Shown: positions 1 through 14,400 of the stretch, in pieces
Layout: each line of letters opens with the position of its first letter
How positions within the stretch are numbered: the stretch's first letter is position 1
NCBI GenBank assembly: GCA_051362555.1
Contig: CM120643.1
Location: 28,214,848-28,278,847 of the forward strand
Direction of reading: 5' to 3'
Source: Lingula anatina
Lineage: Eukaryota > Animalia > Brachiopoda
Length of the DNA stretch: 64,000 bases
The notes under the pieces: model-generated
Database searches by the model: none
Seen by the model: only the letters and a program-made list of their open reading frames with translations
What the model was told of the DNA's origin: nothing
Translations under genes and position numbers: made by a program

Positions 1-740
1 GGAAGATGGGCATTTTGTGCACGTATGACGTCAGTGCAGGTCGATGGGATGTGCTACACTTTAAATGATGACGTAAAGTGATATTTCGTGTAACCTGTGG
101 ATACAAAGTTATACAAAACTAGTGATAATTGAACAATGTACAAACGTTTGGCTTCATCTGCAGAAGTAAATATTTCAAACCAGTTACATATGTGACATGC
201 AATGTAGGCCTATGTATTATACAGGGGTAATTACTGTGTATGAACGAGGAGCTCTCCTGGGAGAAGCTATATATCCAATGAACCGTGAGACCAGTGTGAT
301 AATTAACGTGTACTTAGATAGATGCACGTTTCTTTTACAATATTTGTTACCTTTAACGTAATATTATGTATTTTTGTATAGTATGCAATTAATATCTAAT
401 TTATACAGACAGGGAAAAAATTGAGAGGAGTACGTAAGACCAAGCAAAATTATATCTAAACCAAAGAATTGGGGAAATGCAAATGCTTTGCCTGGCCAAT
501 ATTTCATTTTTCTGAATATTTTCACACTTTTCTCTTAATCACCAAGCTATATATTCAAAACTGTTCACATTATATCGATCCATATTAATTTTTATTTACT
601 GAAGTAATGGATATATAGATAATTATTAGATAACACCTGGCTCGTGGCCTAAAATGACACGAGGGAGCCATACTGAATCCTGATCTGACCTGTCTAAGGG
701 CTCCAGGCAGTTGTATCTCAGGTCACGTAGTCCGAGGTCA

Positions 741-917
741 GGGAAGGTTCCCCTCAGTTGAAGAGCAAAGCGAAACCAGTTCCTTATCGTTTATTTCAAG
801 GTAAGTCGGTGGAGTGGCCTATGTTAGTCTAACGTGAGAACTATTATATATTAGAAGTGGGCAATAAAAGTGAAATAAACTATGTTCTCCTCAGAACTGT
901 TACGTTTTTCATTTCGC
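741..917 (+). promoter_or_regulatory. Cluster of IRF-E/ISRE-like motifs plus a kB-like palindrome around the putative non-coding first exon of the IFI44-like gene
   Basis: GGGAAGGTTCCC (741-752), AAAGCGAAACC (767-777), AAAAGTGAAA (866-875) and GTTTTTCATTTCGC (904-917, GCGAAATGAAAAAC on minus). Strong donor AAG|GTAAGT at 800/801. The coding exon at 3784 has an acceptor upstream of its ATG, so a 5' UTR exon is needed. Function is inferred. Confidence 0.5.
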
Positions 918-1685
918 ACCGCGTTAAAACCGTCTCACTTGGTGGTTTAGTTGAATGATCGTCTAACCTATATTAGCGGAGTCCTATACAATTGTTTTTA
1001 TATCAAGCATAAACTATTGTGTATATAGGCAAGATTATTATTATTATTATTATTATTATTATCAATGTAGGAATGATATGGAAGAAGTAAAAAATTGCAC
1101 ACTTTGGTGCACGACTGTATTACGATAAGTAGCACAAAGTTTCATGCGATAGCAGTCCTATTTACCGTTTCAGGTGTCACGTAGGTAGCCCTACAGGGCA
1201 GTCCCTTGAAATACAGGGCATGGGTCCCATTTATTTGCACAGGGAAGCCCTCTGCATGATTATAACATAATAAATCACGCTAACCAAATATATATTATGT
1301 ACAGACAAATGATAGGCGGATTACCAACGATATTCGAAAAAAGTAAGGGATATATCCTGAATTTTACGCCTACTTGTGATAAGTCTGATTCGTCTCAGAG
1401 CAAACCCAAAAATAAATATATATCAATCATTAAAAAAGACAAAAATATAAAGAGATAATGAATTATTTTTTAACATCATTTTCTATCTCTATAGCAAAAT
1501 TACATTATTATAAGTAAAGTAAATTTAATTATTTCCTCAGAAACATCGTCCATATAATGTTTTGTTTTCAAGGTCAACAAATTTGGATAGCGGTATTCAG
1601 TTGTTAAAATGGCTGCTAACAACTTGATAGTTGATCCAGAGGATATGACGTCTTTGCTGCTATATATAAATGCCGTGTCTCTCTC

Positions 1686-1696
1686 TGTGTGTGTGT

Positions 1697-1735
<39 letters not shown>
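1686..1735. repeat. (TG)n microsatellite
   Basis: Directly visible; explains the spurious HTHT/VCVC ORFs at 1500-1803. Confidence 0.95.
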
Positions 1736-1739
<4 letters not shown>

Positions 1740-2465
1740 AGAACACATTAGTCAGTTTGATTGCGCAATGTCTTTACAGGCCCGGGGAGCAACATTGCAT
1801 TAGAACCTAGTACAGAAATATTAAATGTAGGTGTGATAAAGTGGTATGGAAGATCATTGTACGTTTAACTCTTTTGACAAACATCACGGAATGTTATCGC
1901 CTGTCATAGCAAAGGGCAATCGCATATCCTATCAGTCAAAACTAGATTGCAAGTGGTAAGCAGACGGGTGATAGTTGACATGTCGCAATACCATCGGTCC
2001 CCTTTCACATTTAAAAGCCTTCTTCGATGTTTGAGTCTCTCCGTTTCAGGCATATTTCCTTGTTCTACCAAAGTCATCAGCTACATGTATCTACACCATG
2101 TGTTTTCCAGTGCATAAATACACGCGTATTAACTCGACCGTAAATTAAGTACCGTATGGCTATAAGTGGGACCTTACTCGATCAACCGTCATGTTAGTGT
2201 GTGCAATTAGGTGGTGTTTTCATGTCTACTCGTACACTGTGCCTTATTTGCTAAGCTTATTCCCTTTGTTGACTTCCATTTACTATGAAGTGCTGATCTC
2301 GAATAGTAAGGTACAAATGTGGACAACGGGTATGATGCCAAATATAAGAGCCCCATATAAATTTCTGTTTCCAATACAAAAATTTCAGTTTGACGATAAA
2401 AAGGGATTTTGAATTGAACAACTTGTCGAGCCAAACTTATCCGCTAAGGACTCGTAACCCCTTAA

Positions 2466-3594
2466 GGCGTCAAGGATATTACAAATACGTCTAAAACTCG
2501 ATTTTTGGTTTTTTTATATGTTAGAAATAATCAATATTGGATCTAATACCGAATTAAATTATATTTTTGCAACACGGACTAAAAATATACATTTGGGCGA
2601 GTTTTTCTACCTGTCCTGACTGGTAAGCGTGGCAGCCTTTAGGTTCCGCCTCTGTTGTTAAGCACCGTTATTATGGGGGACGTCTTGGTGTGTAGAGCGG
2701 CGCCCACGCACGACGGGAGGCATTGTCCTCTGCTTGCACCTCAAGTAATTGCTTTTTGTTTGTTAGCATTTCTTTAGACACTTCCTAGACAGTGCACAGA
2801 CTCTTACTGCGTCAGGCACAATTATGATTAATTACGTCAGTGAAACGAGAGTAGGTAGGCCTACTCAGCTGTCAATTATTTCTCAGGGAAGAGCGGTTTT
2901 CGTGGTGCGAATAAGTTTGCGTACAAAAGTAAGATTTTCTGGCATCTAGATAGAAACAAACAACCCAATCTTAACACGTAATGGTGTATAAACCTTCCCG
3001 ATCAATAAGATGATAACAGGTAAGGTGGAGATACAATTAATTTGCTAAATTAGCCCAATTACCTAAGCCAAATGGTTTATGAGCGATTTCTCAGCTTTGA
3101 AGATTGATAACATAGTCTAAGCTCCAACCCCCATATCTAATTCTTTAACTGTCAGATTGACATGAAATTTGATGTGTCTGTGTTTCAGTATAATATCTAG
3201 TCGACTGCGTCTTGGATTTTTGATTGACATTTTATTTTTGAAGTTATTAATACTGAAAGTGGAAGGTCCATATATCTTTCGTAAAATTCACGTTTTATCA
3301 AAATAAAATCAAAAGTAAAAATAATAGGAGAAAATCCTGACAGAGTTTACTGGTTTTTGTGCTAACCTTTAGACAGCTATTTCAATCGTATTAATAGGGC
3401 TTTTTGTTTAAGAGAAAATCTTGATTAAAAAAATGACAATTTTAGCCCCAAAACGCTGATGTTACGTCACTCGTGTTACACCGTGACTACAAACTTTGGA
3501 AATTTGTTTTGCTTGCTAGACCATATCCTTAAGTTAATAGGAAATTTAATGAGTTGCATTAGTTTTGGACTTTTTCGTTAATATCCTAGACCCC
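2466..3594. mobile_element. Non-autonomous DNA transposon, Kolobok-like (TTAA target duplication, GG..CC termini)
   Basis: TTAA at 2462-2465 and 3595-3598. Imperfect ~33-bp TIRs: GGCGTCAAGGATATTAC..AAAACT versus the reverse complement GGGGTCTAGGATATTAAC..AAAACT. No coding capacity. Superfamily inferred from TSD and termini only. Confidence 0.6.
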
Positions 3595-3814
3595 TTAAAT
3601 GTGCTTAATGAGACATAAGCAATGATCTCATGCCATACCCTAAATATTACAATAAAGATTTCTTCCTCATATAGAATCATTTGCAACCCACGGCCCCAGC
3701 AAAATCCTCGGTCCGTCATCGATACTGCATATATTGTTGTTTATGTACAACATGCATACTGCACATGTAAATGTCTATTTCAGCACACAGCACCGCATTT
3801 TGCATCAGATTGCA

Positions 3815-5384
3815 ATGCCGATACTTGATAAACCTGCAAACCAAAGACAGCTCCGAGCATGGATCGGTGACCCGGCCTTGACCTTTGACCTCCTGTACAG
3901 CGCCTCCAGAGATGGATGCAGCAGTGAAGCATTCCATCAGAAGTGCAACAACCAAGGTCCAACTGTTTCTGTCGGTCAAAACAGCGCTGGTTTCGTCATA
4001 GGGGGGTACACGAGCATCGCATGGACATCACGCGGGACCTATTGTAATGATGACCGCGCATTTTTGTTCCAGCTCTTTCCCAATATGCAAAAGTTTCTTC
4101 GCAGCGGAAGCGGGAACGATATTTATGACCAGGTGGATTTTGGTCCCACTTTTGGACTTGGATACGATCTGTTGTTTTTTAGCAGATCTCACACCAATGT
4201 AGGCAAATGTTTCCACACAAATGGCGTCAGTCGCATTGGTTATAGTTATAACGCAAGCGGTTACAGCGAAAAAACATTCAGTGGAAACAACAAAGCCTAT
4301 CTAGACATTGAGGTATATGCTGTAAAACGTAAGTGACATTTCTGTTTTTACGGTAACCTTTTGAAAGACTCAGTATTTCGTACTGAGTTAATAGATAATA
4401 GCAATTCAACAAAACAGGGCTTGGCAATTGTAAGATTTCAAAATCGTCCCACTGCTCTAATGTCATGCGAACGAAAAAGCATCCTTTCATTTTTTTTTTT
4501 GTACAAACACAGATATGCCTGTACATACATGTATAGCCGTCACCTGCGTCTGTCGACGTCGCCACCGTCGTCGCCGTGCACTTTCAGTGATAACACGATA
4601 AGTGTAAAACCGTTTCACTTTTTGTCTTCAATCTTACAGAGCTGATAAATATTCATTAAATACAAGTCGAGTTCATGTTATTCTTCAAAAGTTATGTTGT
4701 TTTTTTCGCATTTTTCAGGTACCTGTATATGCAACACCGATAACATATTTCAAGGAAAACCGATTGGCCTATCGTCTTGAAACTCACAGGTGTGATCAAA
4801 CTTCGTAAAATACAGGCCGAGTTCGAAAATCAGCTTGATCAGATCATTTTTACAAAAGTGGTGCTATTTTTTAATTTTTTTACACATTTTATCCACCATT
4901 GTATCGATAACATGAAAACCGTATCATAGTTTGGTTTTAAATTTGTAGGACTGATTTAAATGATTAATGTACAGGCCAAGTTCGAAACTATGCTTGCTCA
5001 AGGAGTTATAACTCCTTGGTTTAATCGATCCAGTTTTGATGAAGTTATGCCTTTTTTGTATATAAGTGGTTTTCTTCAGAATCAATTCTTATGCATGTTA
5101 ACAGTCTCATTATTGAACTTATTAAATACTTAAAAGTGTGTGTTCTTTTGGCTTTTTTTTTTACATCCTTACAATATCGTCTATTTTCGTCGATCCTGTC
5201 CTGTCACTTCATCATTCATCGATCGATCGCCAGAGGGCGCTGCAGAAGCAACGTGTGCACTGTCACCACAAAAGTTATTTTAAAAAAAGTGTTACTCATT
5301 ATGTTTTAATTTGCAAAAAATGATTCTTAGGGTTGACTTACAGCTCAAATTAGAAAAAAGGCTATCATTTTTATTGATTTCATG

Positions 5385-5415
<31 letters not shown>

Positions 5416-8400
5416 GTGAAATTTTCATTTTTTCTCATTCTGCCATTTTCAAAGTCTGAACTTGAAGCCTCCTGAAGCCTTATGCTTGTTACACATATTA
5501 CTCACATTGGTATTGCCTGTTGTACATAATTAATTTTTAATGTTGATTTTGCAGTCAATCATAATGCATTATTGCATCAGAATTGTCAGTAACCTGTTTT
5601 GTGCATTGTTATTTTCTGTTTTTTTTTCTGTCCGTTTGACAGCTTTGCTGCCTTGTTTTGTGTTATTTATCAAAATATTGTGCGTGCACTAAGTATTTAT
5701 TGTACAGTGAACTAATATAAAAATGTTGGTTTTTGTCTGTACAGGCCATTAAATTTTAGTTGTTGTTGAATACTATGGTTGATGTTTTCTTTCTTGATTC
5801 ACGTTTGACCCAGAGCCAAGAATGCGGTTCATGCGAACCCCAATGGATATCCACGTGCCTGTTTCTACTACGAGATCCCGGGAAGAATTATATGAGAAAT
5901 ATAAACCATGGCGCAAAACTGACATTAACGACTGGAGTAATGAGGTACGTAGACACTCTTGACTTAAGAAAATAATGTAAGTGATGTTCAGACATTCTAA
6001 GATTTATCTCACTTTCATCTTACTAGTATTCCCAATCGTTTTTTTTTTTTTAATATCTAAAGCCAGTTTTAGTCATTAGTCATAATTTAACCTAACAACA
6101 TTCAACTCTTTTAAACAAAATGTGGTATTTTGTTACCGTGGCGTGAAAATAATAAAATTTAAAACACCAAATGTCTCTAGATTCATACACATTTAGCAGC
6201 AGAACGTGCTGTTTGAAGAAAGGCCTTCTGTCATCCAGCGTGGCTGAGTACTGAGTACTGTAATTATGTTTTGCTTTCAAAGAGGGTCACAAGTCTGTTT
6301 TGGAACATTGGTCCCTTGAGAGTTTCCCGGTCCAAATTGTTAGGTTGATTCCTCTCTGCATCCTTGATCCCAATGCAATCCACAGGTGTTCAGTATGGTT
6401 AACATCAAGACTCGGCTATCACCGACTCTGTTATCACTGTTATCTGCACTGTTATCTCTGGCAATCACTTGACCCTTTTTAGAGTCAAATTATCTTATAT
6501 ATTATTTGCAAACTCGTTTAAAACTTATAAAATATTTCAGTAATGAGCTCAAAACCCTTGGTGTTTAAACGCACGAGCAAACTCACATCTTCATGATTTG
6601 CTTCGTATGGATTTTTTAAACTAATGCTTGATACATAGCAGTAAGGATGATAAAAATTAATTGTATAGATTGTCCATTCAGGATTATTGTTTTTATCTTT
6701 TTCTTCCACTCAGACGAGAGACTCACTATTGAATAGGTTAGCGTCATTATCCACCCCATGCCCGGCCAAAGTTCCCTTCGCACGGCTCCTCCTTGTGGGC
6801 AGTGTGGGGGCGGGGAAATCCAGCTTCTTTAACACCGTGCGTTCTGCATTTAGAGGTGAAGTCCGCAACCAGGCTGCAACTGGAACGGCACCCCATGGCC
6901 TAACAACCAAGGTGATTTAACGATGCTAATAACTATTTTGTTAAATATATGTATAAGGGACACAACACTCATAACTGCATACAAAATAAGCCTCGGTCAC
7001 AACCGGACGCACGAACTTTAAGCCTCGGCCACAACCGGTGTAACATGAAAATCTGACTCCCCCAGTCAGATTTTCATCATGAAAATCTGACTCCCCCCAT
7101 GAAAATTTGACTCCCCCTCCACAAAACTTCATAAATCTTATTTTATTTGAGTAAATGACTGTGATCTTGTAGTATGTAAAATGGAGGATACATTGGCACT
7201 TTTTTTTTAGTTTGCAGGTGAATATTTTCATTTAAAAAATAAGAAAATTAAAAATGTGCACTTAACCGCCCATTGTCTCCCCTATGAAAAAGCTATTTAC
7301 TTGATATTGGATGATCATTTCTACATCTTTCCTTTAAATTTACTTTATGAAGATAGTATTGGAAATATTTGAAAGTTTGATGGTAAACTATTGGGTGAAA
7401 AAAAAAAAAACATGAAAAATAGAAAATTAAAAATGTGCATTTTATCACCCAATAACTCCCCTATACAAAAGCTATCTATTTAATATTTGATGATCATTCC
7501 AACACCTTTCCTTTTAGGATACTTTATGAAAAAATATATTGGAAATATTTAAAAGTTTGATGATAAAATAGTGAGTGAAAGAATGAAAAAGAAATCACGT
7601 AAATCTTCATTTTTATACCCATGAGATTTGGACTCCCATAAAGAAAAGGACCTATTTTATATTCAGTCACCATACCATTGTTTTCCACATAGATTGCACA
7701 GAGATGTACATTTTGTTATTATTTGAAAGTTTGGTGGTGACAATTTTGGTGAATATTTTTAAAACAAGTATTCATCTTACAACCTGTAGGTTTTGCACTT
7801 CCATGTCAAAACGCTACATTTTTAACTCAAGAAATTGGCCCATTCGCCTTTTTACTGAATTCTTCTTAAGCCTCGGTCACAACCAGACGCACGAATTTCA
7901 GAATCGTACGACCTCTGCGATTTTTGGGTGTTGCGGAGGCCGTGGAGGTCGTAGAGGTAGAGGAAAGTCTGCCTTGCGAGTCGCAAGGGCCACGAGATGT
8001 CCTTTCAAGCAGGGACGCTAATTACAAGGAGCGATGGCCATGGAAATTGTACTCATTTCTTGAATTTGTCTTGATTCCTGTGTACGTGGCACACACTCAC
8101 CACTTACGAAGGGAATGCAACGCACGGTGAAAGTAGTGCCCTTTTGCGTCAGTTTTGCTTCACACTTGCCTCACACGTTTGTGTTGACGTACTGACGGCG
8201 TACATCAGTTTTGCTTCTTGTTCTCTTCTTCTTTCTTCTTCCTCCTCCCTTCTTTCTACTTTTTAAAGCTTCATCAGTAGCCAAACCACCTCATAAATAA
8301 TTGAGTGGCATCATTTTCTTTTTTTGGGGGGGTTTAAACATCACAGAGGATATGTTACTCCCAGCAACATTCTTGTGCTAATGAACGTTCGTGAGTTGAT

Positions 8401-11400
8401 TTAGATTTTTGAAGTGCGTTTAAGATTATAGTAAAGAATGGGAATTGAATTAACCTTCAGTTTAACCCGGCGACGCATATCACACGTAATTCTTCTGGCC
8501 TTGTGAAGAACCCTGGTTTGGCTGACGCCATTCACTGCGTAGCACTCGTAATAGATGGCAGCACTTACACAGTCATGTCTCCCAAAGTCAAGGACAAATT
8601 GATGGCCTTACGGAAACTGGCACTTGAAAGAGGTATTGGCTACATTTCTTTAACCTGAATTATAAAATCTGTATCTTTATATTGGTAATGTCATATACTG
8701 CACTGATAGTGTCAGAGCACATTAATGATGACTATCACTTTTCACTGCAGTATACATGTATGGTGTGCTTCTGAGGCGCTGTTAACATACATGCTTGACA
8801 TTTAATATGGAATATTTAACTTTAAATGTATGTTTAGGTAAATGCAGTGGCCGATTTAGAGAGGAGGGGGGTCAGGGGGTCCTGACCCCCTCCTTCGGTT
8901 TCTGAGTAATATATCACACCAATATTCAACTCTTGAAATTAGAAATTTGACTAGCTAAATTATACAACATTGGTCAAAAGGTTGTCCAACCCCCAATTAT
9001 TTGTGCTTTTATTCACATTTGATCGTCTCACAAGTGTAAATTGTCATAAACAATGCTTTTTATTTTAGATTCCATATATTACACGATGAATGGTTCAGAG
9101 AATACAAAATAGCGGTGAAAATATCCACCGTTTCCACCATTTATTCGAATTTATAACATAGACCACCTCAAAACGGATATTTTACTGAGATGTCCACAGA
9201 GGTAAAGATTGTCCATTGGATTTAAAAGACGCCACCAAATATCACTAAATTTACACGGAATTATCATTAGGATGTGCTCGTTAAAGGTGACGTTTCTAAT
9301 ATTCAATGTGACCACCACGTACTACAATTATTTCCTGTAGGCCGCACTACAAGCCTCCAAAAAGGGTAACAATTCTGGTTTGTGAGATACCCTGTATGTT
9401 GGTTTATTTTATACTGGAACCATTTAAATTTAGGACTGATAGGAAGGCTGAAAGGCAGTTTATTTATTAGAGACCACTCTTTGTCATTAATATTGAACAA
9501 TTTATTCCAATTTATTTTGCCCTTTGAAATAGAAGTATTTTTACTAAGTATTTTATAGAAATCTTGGCAGCCCTTCTTACTTTTGAAGAAGATACTTAAA
9601 TACTCTGGCAGTTTAGGGAGCATTTCTTCAGATTCGTTTATATCATGCAATCTTAAGTATCGCTTAATAATGCTCAGCACCCCTTGATACTCTAGGACGT
9701 TGGTGTGAATACCATATCGCTTAATTATTTCTTCTTGTGAGAAAAAGGTAAATGTTTTAGCGTCTTTTATAAAGTCCCTTATTGTAGATATACCTTTATT
9801 AAACCAGTGCTTATAGTATATTACCTTACTGTCTACTCTAAGCGCTTCATTATACCAGACAGGGGTGTCCAACACAAGACTTGCTTTTCCCCCTTAACTT
9901 ATCTTCCTTGACCCTGAGTTCTTTCCATGCAAGTAACACGCCCTCTCACCACGTGCGGTAGCACCCTAAAGACTAAAAACATTTGCAAAAAGCAGTTACA
10001 GCCATGGATGAATGATGAAATATTGGATGCAAAGGGAGAAAGAAGGAGGATGGAGGGTCTTTGGAGGGGCACTAGACTAACAGTACATCATGAATGCTAC
10101 AAAACTCAGTGCGCTCATGTCAACTCTTTAATCAGGAAAGCAAAGGAGTCCTACTTTTCAGATTTAATCAATGGTTGCAATGGTGACAACAAAGCTTTGT
10201 TCAACACAGTGAACAGCTTATTAGGGAAGTCAAATAATACCACCCACCCTGGGACAGTCTCATTAAAAACTCTTGCGGACAAGATGAGTGAATTTTACAT
10301 ATCCAAAATTGACAATATATATGTTGAACTCTCGGAACTGGAACACAATCTCCACCCCACCGTGTTTTCAACTATCTGATCTGTTGCCGAAGCCCATTTC
10401 AACCCTTTCATCTTTCCAAGAAGCATCTACAGATGAAGTCACAAAAATAATTACCAAGTCCAAGAAGACGTCATGTATGCTTGATCCGATTTCGACAGTG
10501 CTTATGGCCCAGATACTCCCAGCTGTCATCAACCTGATAACTCACATCATCAACGCTAGTTTCACTATTGGTTCTTTCCCTGACCAACTCAAGAAAGCTG
10601 TGGTTCAACCTTTATTAAAAAAGCCATCTCTTGAACCTGATACATTGGAAATTACAGACCTGTGTCTAACCTTTTGTTTCTATCAAAAACGGTTGAAAGG
10701 TCATTGCCGCCAGACTGGTTGCACACTTAGAGAAAAACAATCTTATAGAGCCAATGCAATCTGCATACAAGGCCAGACACAGTACTGAGTCAGCTCTACT
10801 TAGGATTAAAAGTGATCTTTTTTGTGGAGTGGATAAACATTCAATGGTTCTTTTAGTCCTGTTGGACCTATCGGCAGCTTTTGACACTGTTAATCATGGA
10901 ATACTTTTATCTTTTCTTGAAGATTTTATTGGTATTAAGGACTCTGCTCTTAGTCTTTTACGTTCTTATTTTACAGGCCGGTCACAGCAGGTTATGATAA
11001 AAGGCATATTATCAAATGTTTCAGAGATAGCTTTTGGTGTGCCACAAGGCAGTGTTCTAGGACCTCTTGTCTTTTCCATGTATACCTTACCAATTGGGGC
11101 CATACTAAGACATCATAACATTGGCTATCATATTTATGCTGATGACACACAGATTTTTACTTGTTGCAATCTAGAAAATCCAAATGAATCTTTTGATATA
11201 TTGTCTGAATGTATTGATGATCTTCGCGGGTGGCTGCTTAGTAATAAGTTGAAAATTAACGATGGAAAGTCTGAACTTTTGGTAATAAGTCAGCCACATA
11301 ATCGTATGATAGCACAACAAATTCAACTCAAAATTGGATCAAGCATTATTAAGCCAAAACCTCATGCAAAAAATCTTGGTGTATTTTTTGATGGATCACT

Positions 11401-14400
11401 TTGTATGAACAAACACATTGCCAGTGTATGCAGGTCAGCGGTTTTTAACATTAGGAACATAAGTGCAATTCGCAATCAGTTGTCTGACTCTGCTGCAGCC
11501 ACAGTTATTAATTGTTTAGTTACATCTCGATTAGATTACTGCAACTCCATTTTATACGGTTGTCCAAAGAAACAAATTGCTAGACTGCAGCGCATTCAAA
11601 ATATTTCGGCCAGATTATTAACTCGGACATCCACAAGTATACACATCTCCCCAGTTTTAAGAAGTTTACACTGGCTACCTCTACAAGCCAGAATTTAATT
11701 CAAATTTTTAGTTTTTACTCACGATGCTTTTTATGGATTGGCACCAATCTACATCAATGAATTAGTCAGTCACTATGTTCCAATGCGAAATCTGCGGTCT
11801 GTAGACCAATTGCTACTCAACCCAGTAAAAATGCGATTAAAAACCTACGGTGATATATCTTTTAAAGCTGCAGGTCCAAAGGAATGGAATCTTTTACCGC
11901 TGGAAATTCGAGCAATTCAGTCTACCAAACATTTTAAAAAAGAACTCAAAACATACCTTTTTAGGAAATATTTTGATTAACTCTTAATTGGTTTAATAAA
12001 TCTTGTATTAATTGCATTTAATTGTATGGAATAATGGCTGTTTTACCTAGATTTTATTTATGATATTTTATGTAGTATATTATTTATGATATTTTATGTA
12101 AAGTCTACTGAACATTTTAAATGGATTTTAGACTTAAAATAAATTTATTATTATTAAATTTATTATTATCCCGCTTAACTTTATCGATCTTTGAGTTCCA
12201 CAAAAAGTGGAAGAGATCACTCTGAAGGTCATTGATAAACGTTTGACTAGGATTCGGTAAGGATATAAACAAATGATTTAATTGAGAAATTATTAAGGAT
12301 TTTATAATCATACACTTACCGATGGGGGTGACCATTCTCCTGTTCCATGCATTAAGAATAGACTTAATTTTTACTTATTTCTTATCGAAATTGAGTCTGG
12401 GGATTTGTAATAGATCAACATGAAATTCGATTCCCAAAAGATTAAACTGATGCTTTCTCCAATCAAGATGCATATATGGCAAAAAATTTAAATTACTGAA
12501 TTTCATACGTCCTATCCATACTATTTTTGTTTTATCTTTGTTAATTTTCAACCCTGATATTTTTGAAAAATTCTCTAATTCAATCATTAGTTCAGATAAA
12601 GACTTTTCTGAGCCATCAAGCATCACAGTCGTATCATCGGCGTATTGAGTTAATAAAATAGGGGCGTCATCAATAGTGATACTTTTGATATTTGTGTTAT
12701 TCTTGAGTATTATTGAGAGTATTTCCGCGCATAAAATAAACAAATAGGGGGCTATTGGGTCTCCCTGCCTGCAGCCTCTTTTAATGTTAAAGGACTCTGA
12801 GAGATTGCCTCCTTGATTTATTGCTGCTTTGGCACCCTTATTGAAATTATTTATCCATTTGATAATACTTTCACCAAAGTTAAAGAAAACTAGTACCCTG
12901 TTAATAAATTTCCATGACACAGCGTCAAAGGCCTTTTCGAAATCTAATAGCACTAACATTCCAGGAATATCGTTATCTTCTGTGTATTGCATAATACCGT
13001 ATACGGTACGGATACTTTCCCCGATGTATCTCCCGGAAATAAAACCGCATTGATCGTCTGAAATAAGTTTGCCCATGTATTTCTTGACTCTGGATGCTAT
13101 GACTCCGGAGGCTATTTTATAGGTTACGTTTAACAAAGAAATCGGTCTCCAGTTTTTCAAGTATTGCTTGGGCTTTTCACCCTTAGGGAGACACGTAATT
13201 ACACTTTGTCGCTGTGTAATTGAAAGTTGACCAGTCGAGTAGCCCCAGTTTATGGATCTAACAACAAATTCGCGGAGCTGTGACCAGAGTGCCTTGAAGA
13301 ACTCGACAGTGAACCCATCTGAGCCTGGACTCTTGTTACTTTTCATTTTTTCAGAATTTGGGAGGCTTCATTTAGACTAATTACATCCTCTAGTTCACTT
13401 GACTCCACATCTGTGAGCCTCAATGGGTAATTGTGCAGTAGGATTGTGCTTAAGTCAACATTAATCACTTCATTAGACTCTGCAAATAACCGTCCGTAGT
13501 AGCATTTCATTTCTTTTAAAATTAGTGTTTGGGTAGTAATTTCTTCTCCGTTATCTTTAACTATCTTAGGTATTCTTTTTGAAGTGAAGTTTCGGTTTTC
13601 TAGGTTTAAAAAATATTCAGTGGGTTTTTCACCCTCTTCCAGCCACTTTGTCCTGGATCTTATCATACTACCCCTTATTTTATTTTCCCTGATGTTTTTT
13701 AGTTCCTCTTGTAATTTCTCTATATTATTTACGTTTAAGGTGTAATTTCTTTCCAAATTACTTATTTCTGTTATCATTTTTTTCTCTATCGTCAACTAGT
13801 TTTTTTTTTCTTATAAGATGAAACGGAAATGGTTTTGCCCCTGATCTCCATAAGTAGGGTCTCGAGAAAGAGTTGATCATTTACGGTAAACTGTATGTCA
13901 GAGTCCGGAATTGAGCAAATATTATTTAGGTTATAGACAGGAAGTGCATACTGGATTTTTATATTATTAATAAGTTGTTTTATATTGTCAATATATTCTA
14001 AATCATTAAGCAGAGAATTATTAAATTTCCATAACCCTTTACCTTTCCTAAATGGGTTAAATTCAATATGTATCCCCACAGTGGAGTGGTCTGATCTATA
14101 ACTCGATTCGATATGGGAATTTTTAATACTTATTACAAGGTTTTCTGTCACAAGGAAAAAATCTAGTCTCGCTTGTTTAATGGGATTTTTTATCTCCTCC
14201 AAGTATATCTCCTCTAACATTCATGTTGTTCTCTATAAACATCAAATAAATCATAAATTTCTGATACCTTTTTTCTTGCTTTTGGGTTGTTTATATTTCT
14301 GGATTTAAAACCAAGTTGAAATCATCACAGATAATAGAGTACTCATCATCGGTATCCTGTAGCGCCATTTCTATCTGTTTATAGAAGTCGGGAGAATCAA

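Noticed and set aside
1-80. 3' end of an upstream gene
   Set aside because: Too short, with no recognisable motif.
1500-1803. ORFs with HTHT/VCVC repeats (and similar ones at 20073-20844, 25633-25890, 49225-49578)
   Set aside because: Translations of microsatellites or antisense frames of real exons.
6283-6345. Alternative IFI44-like linker exon (GHKSVLEHWSLE..)
   Set aside because: No convincing phase-0 donor. Exon 5814-5944 fits both phases and carries the family KPWR motif.
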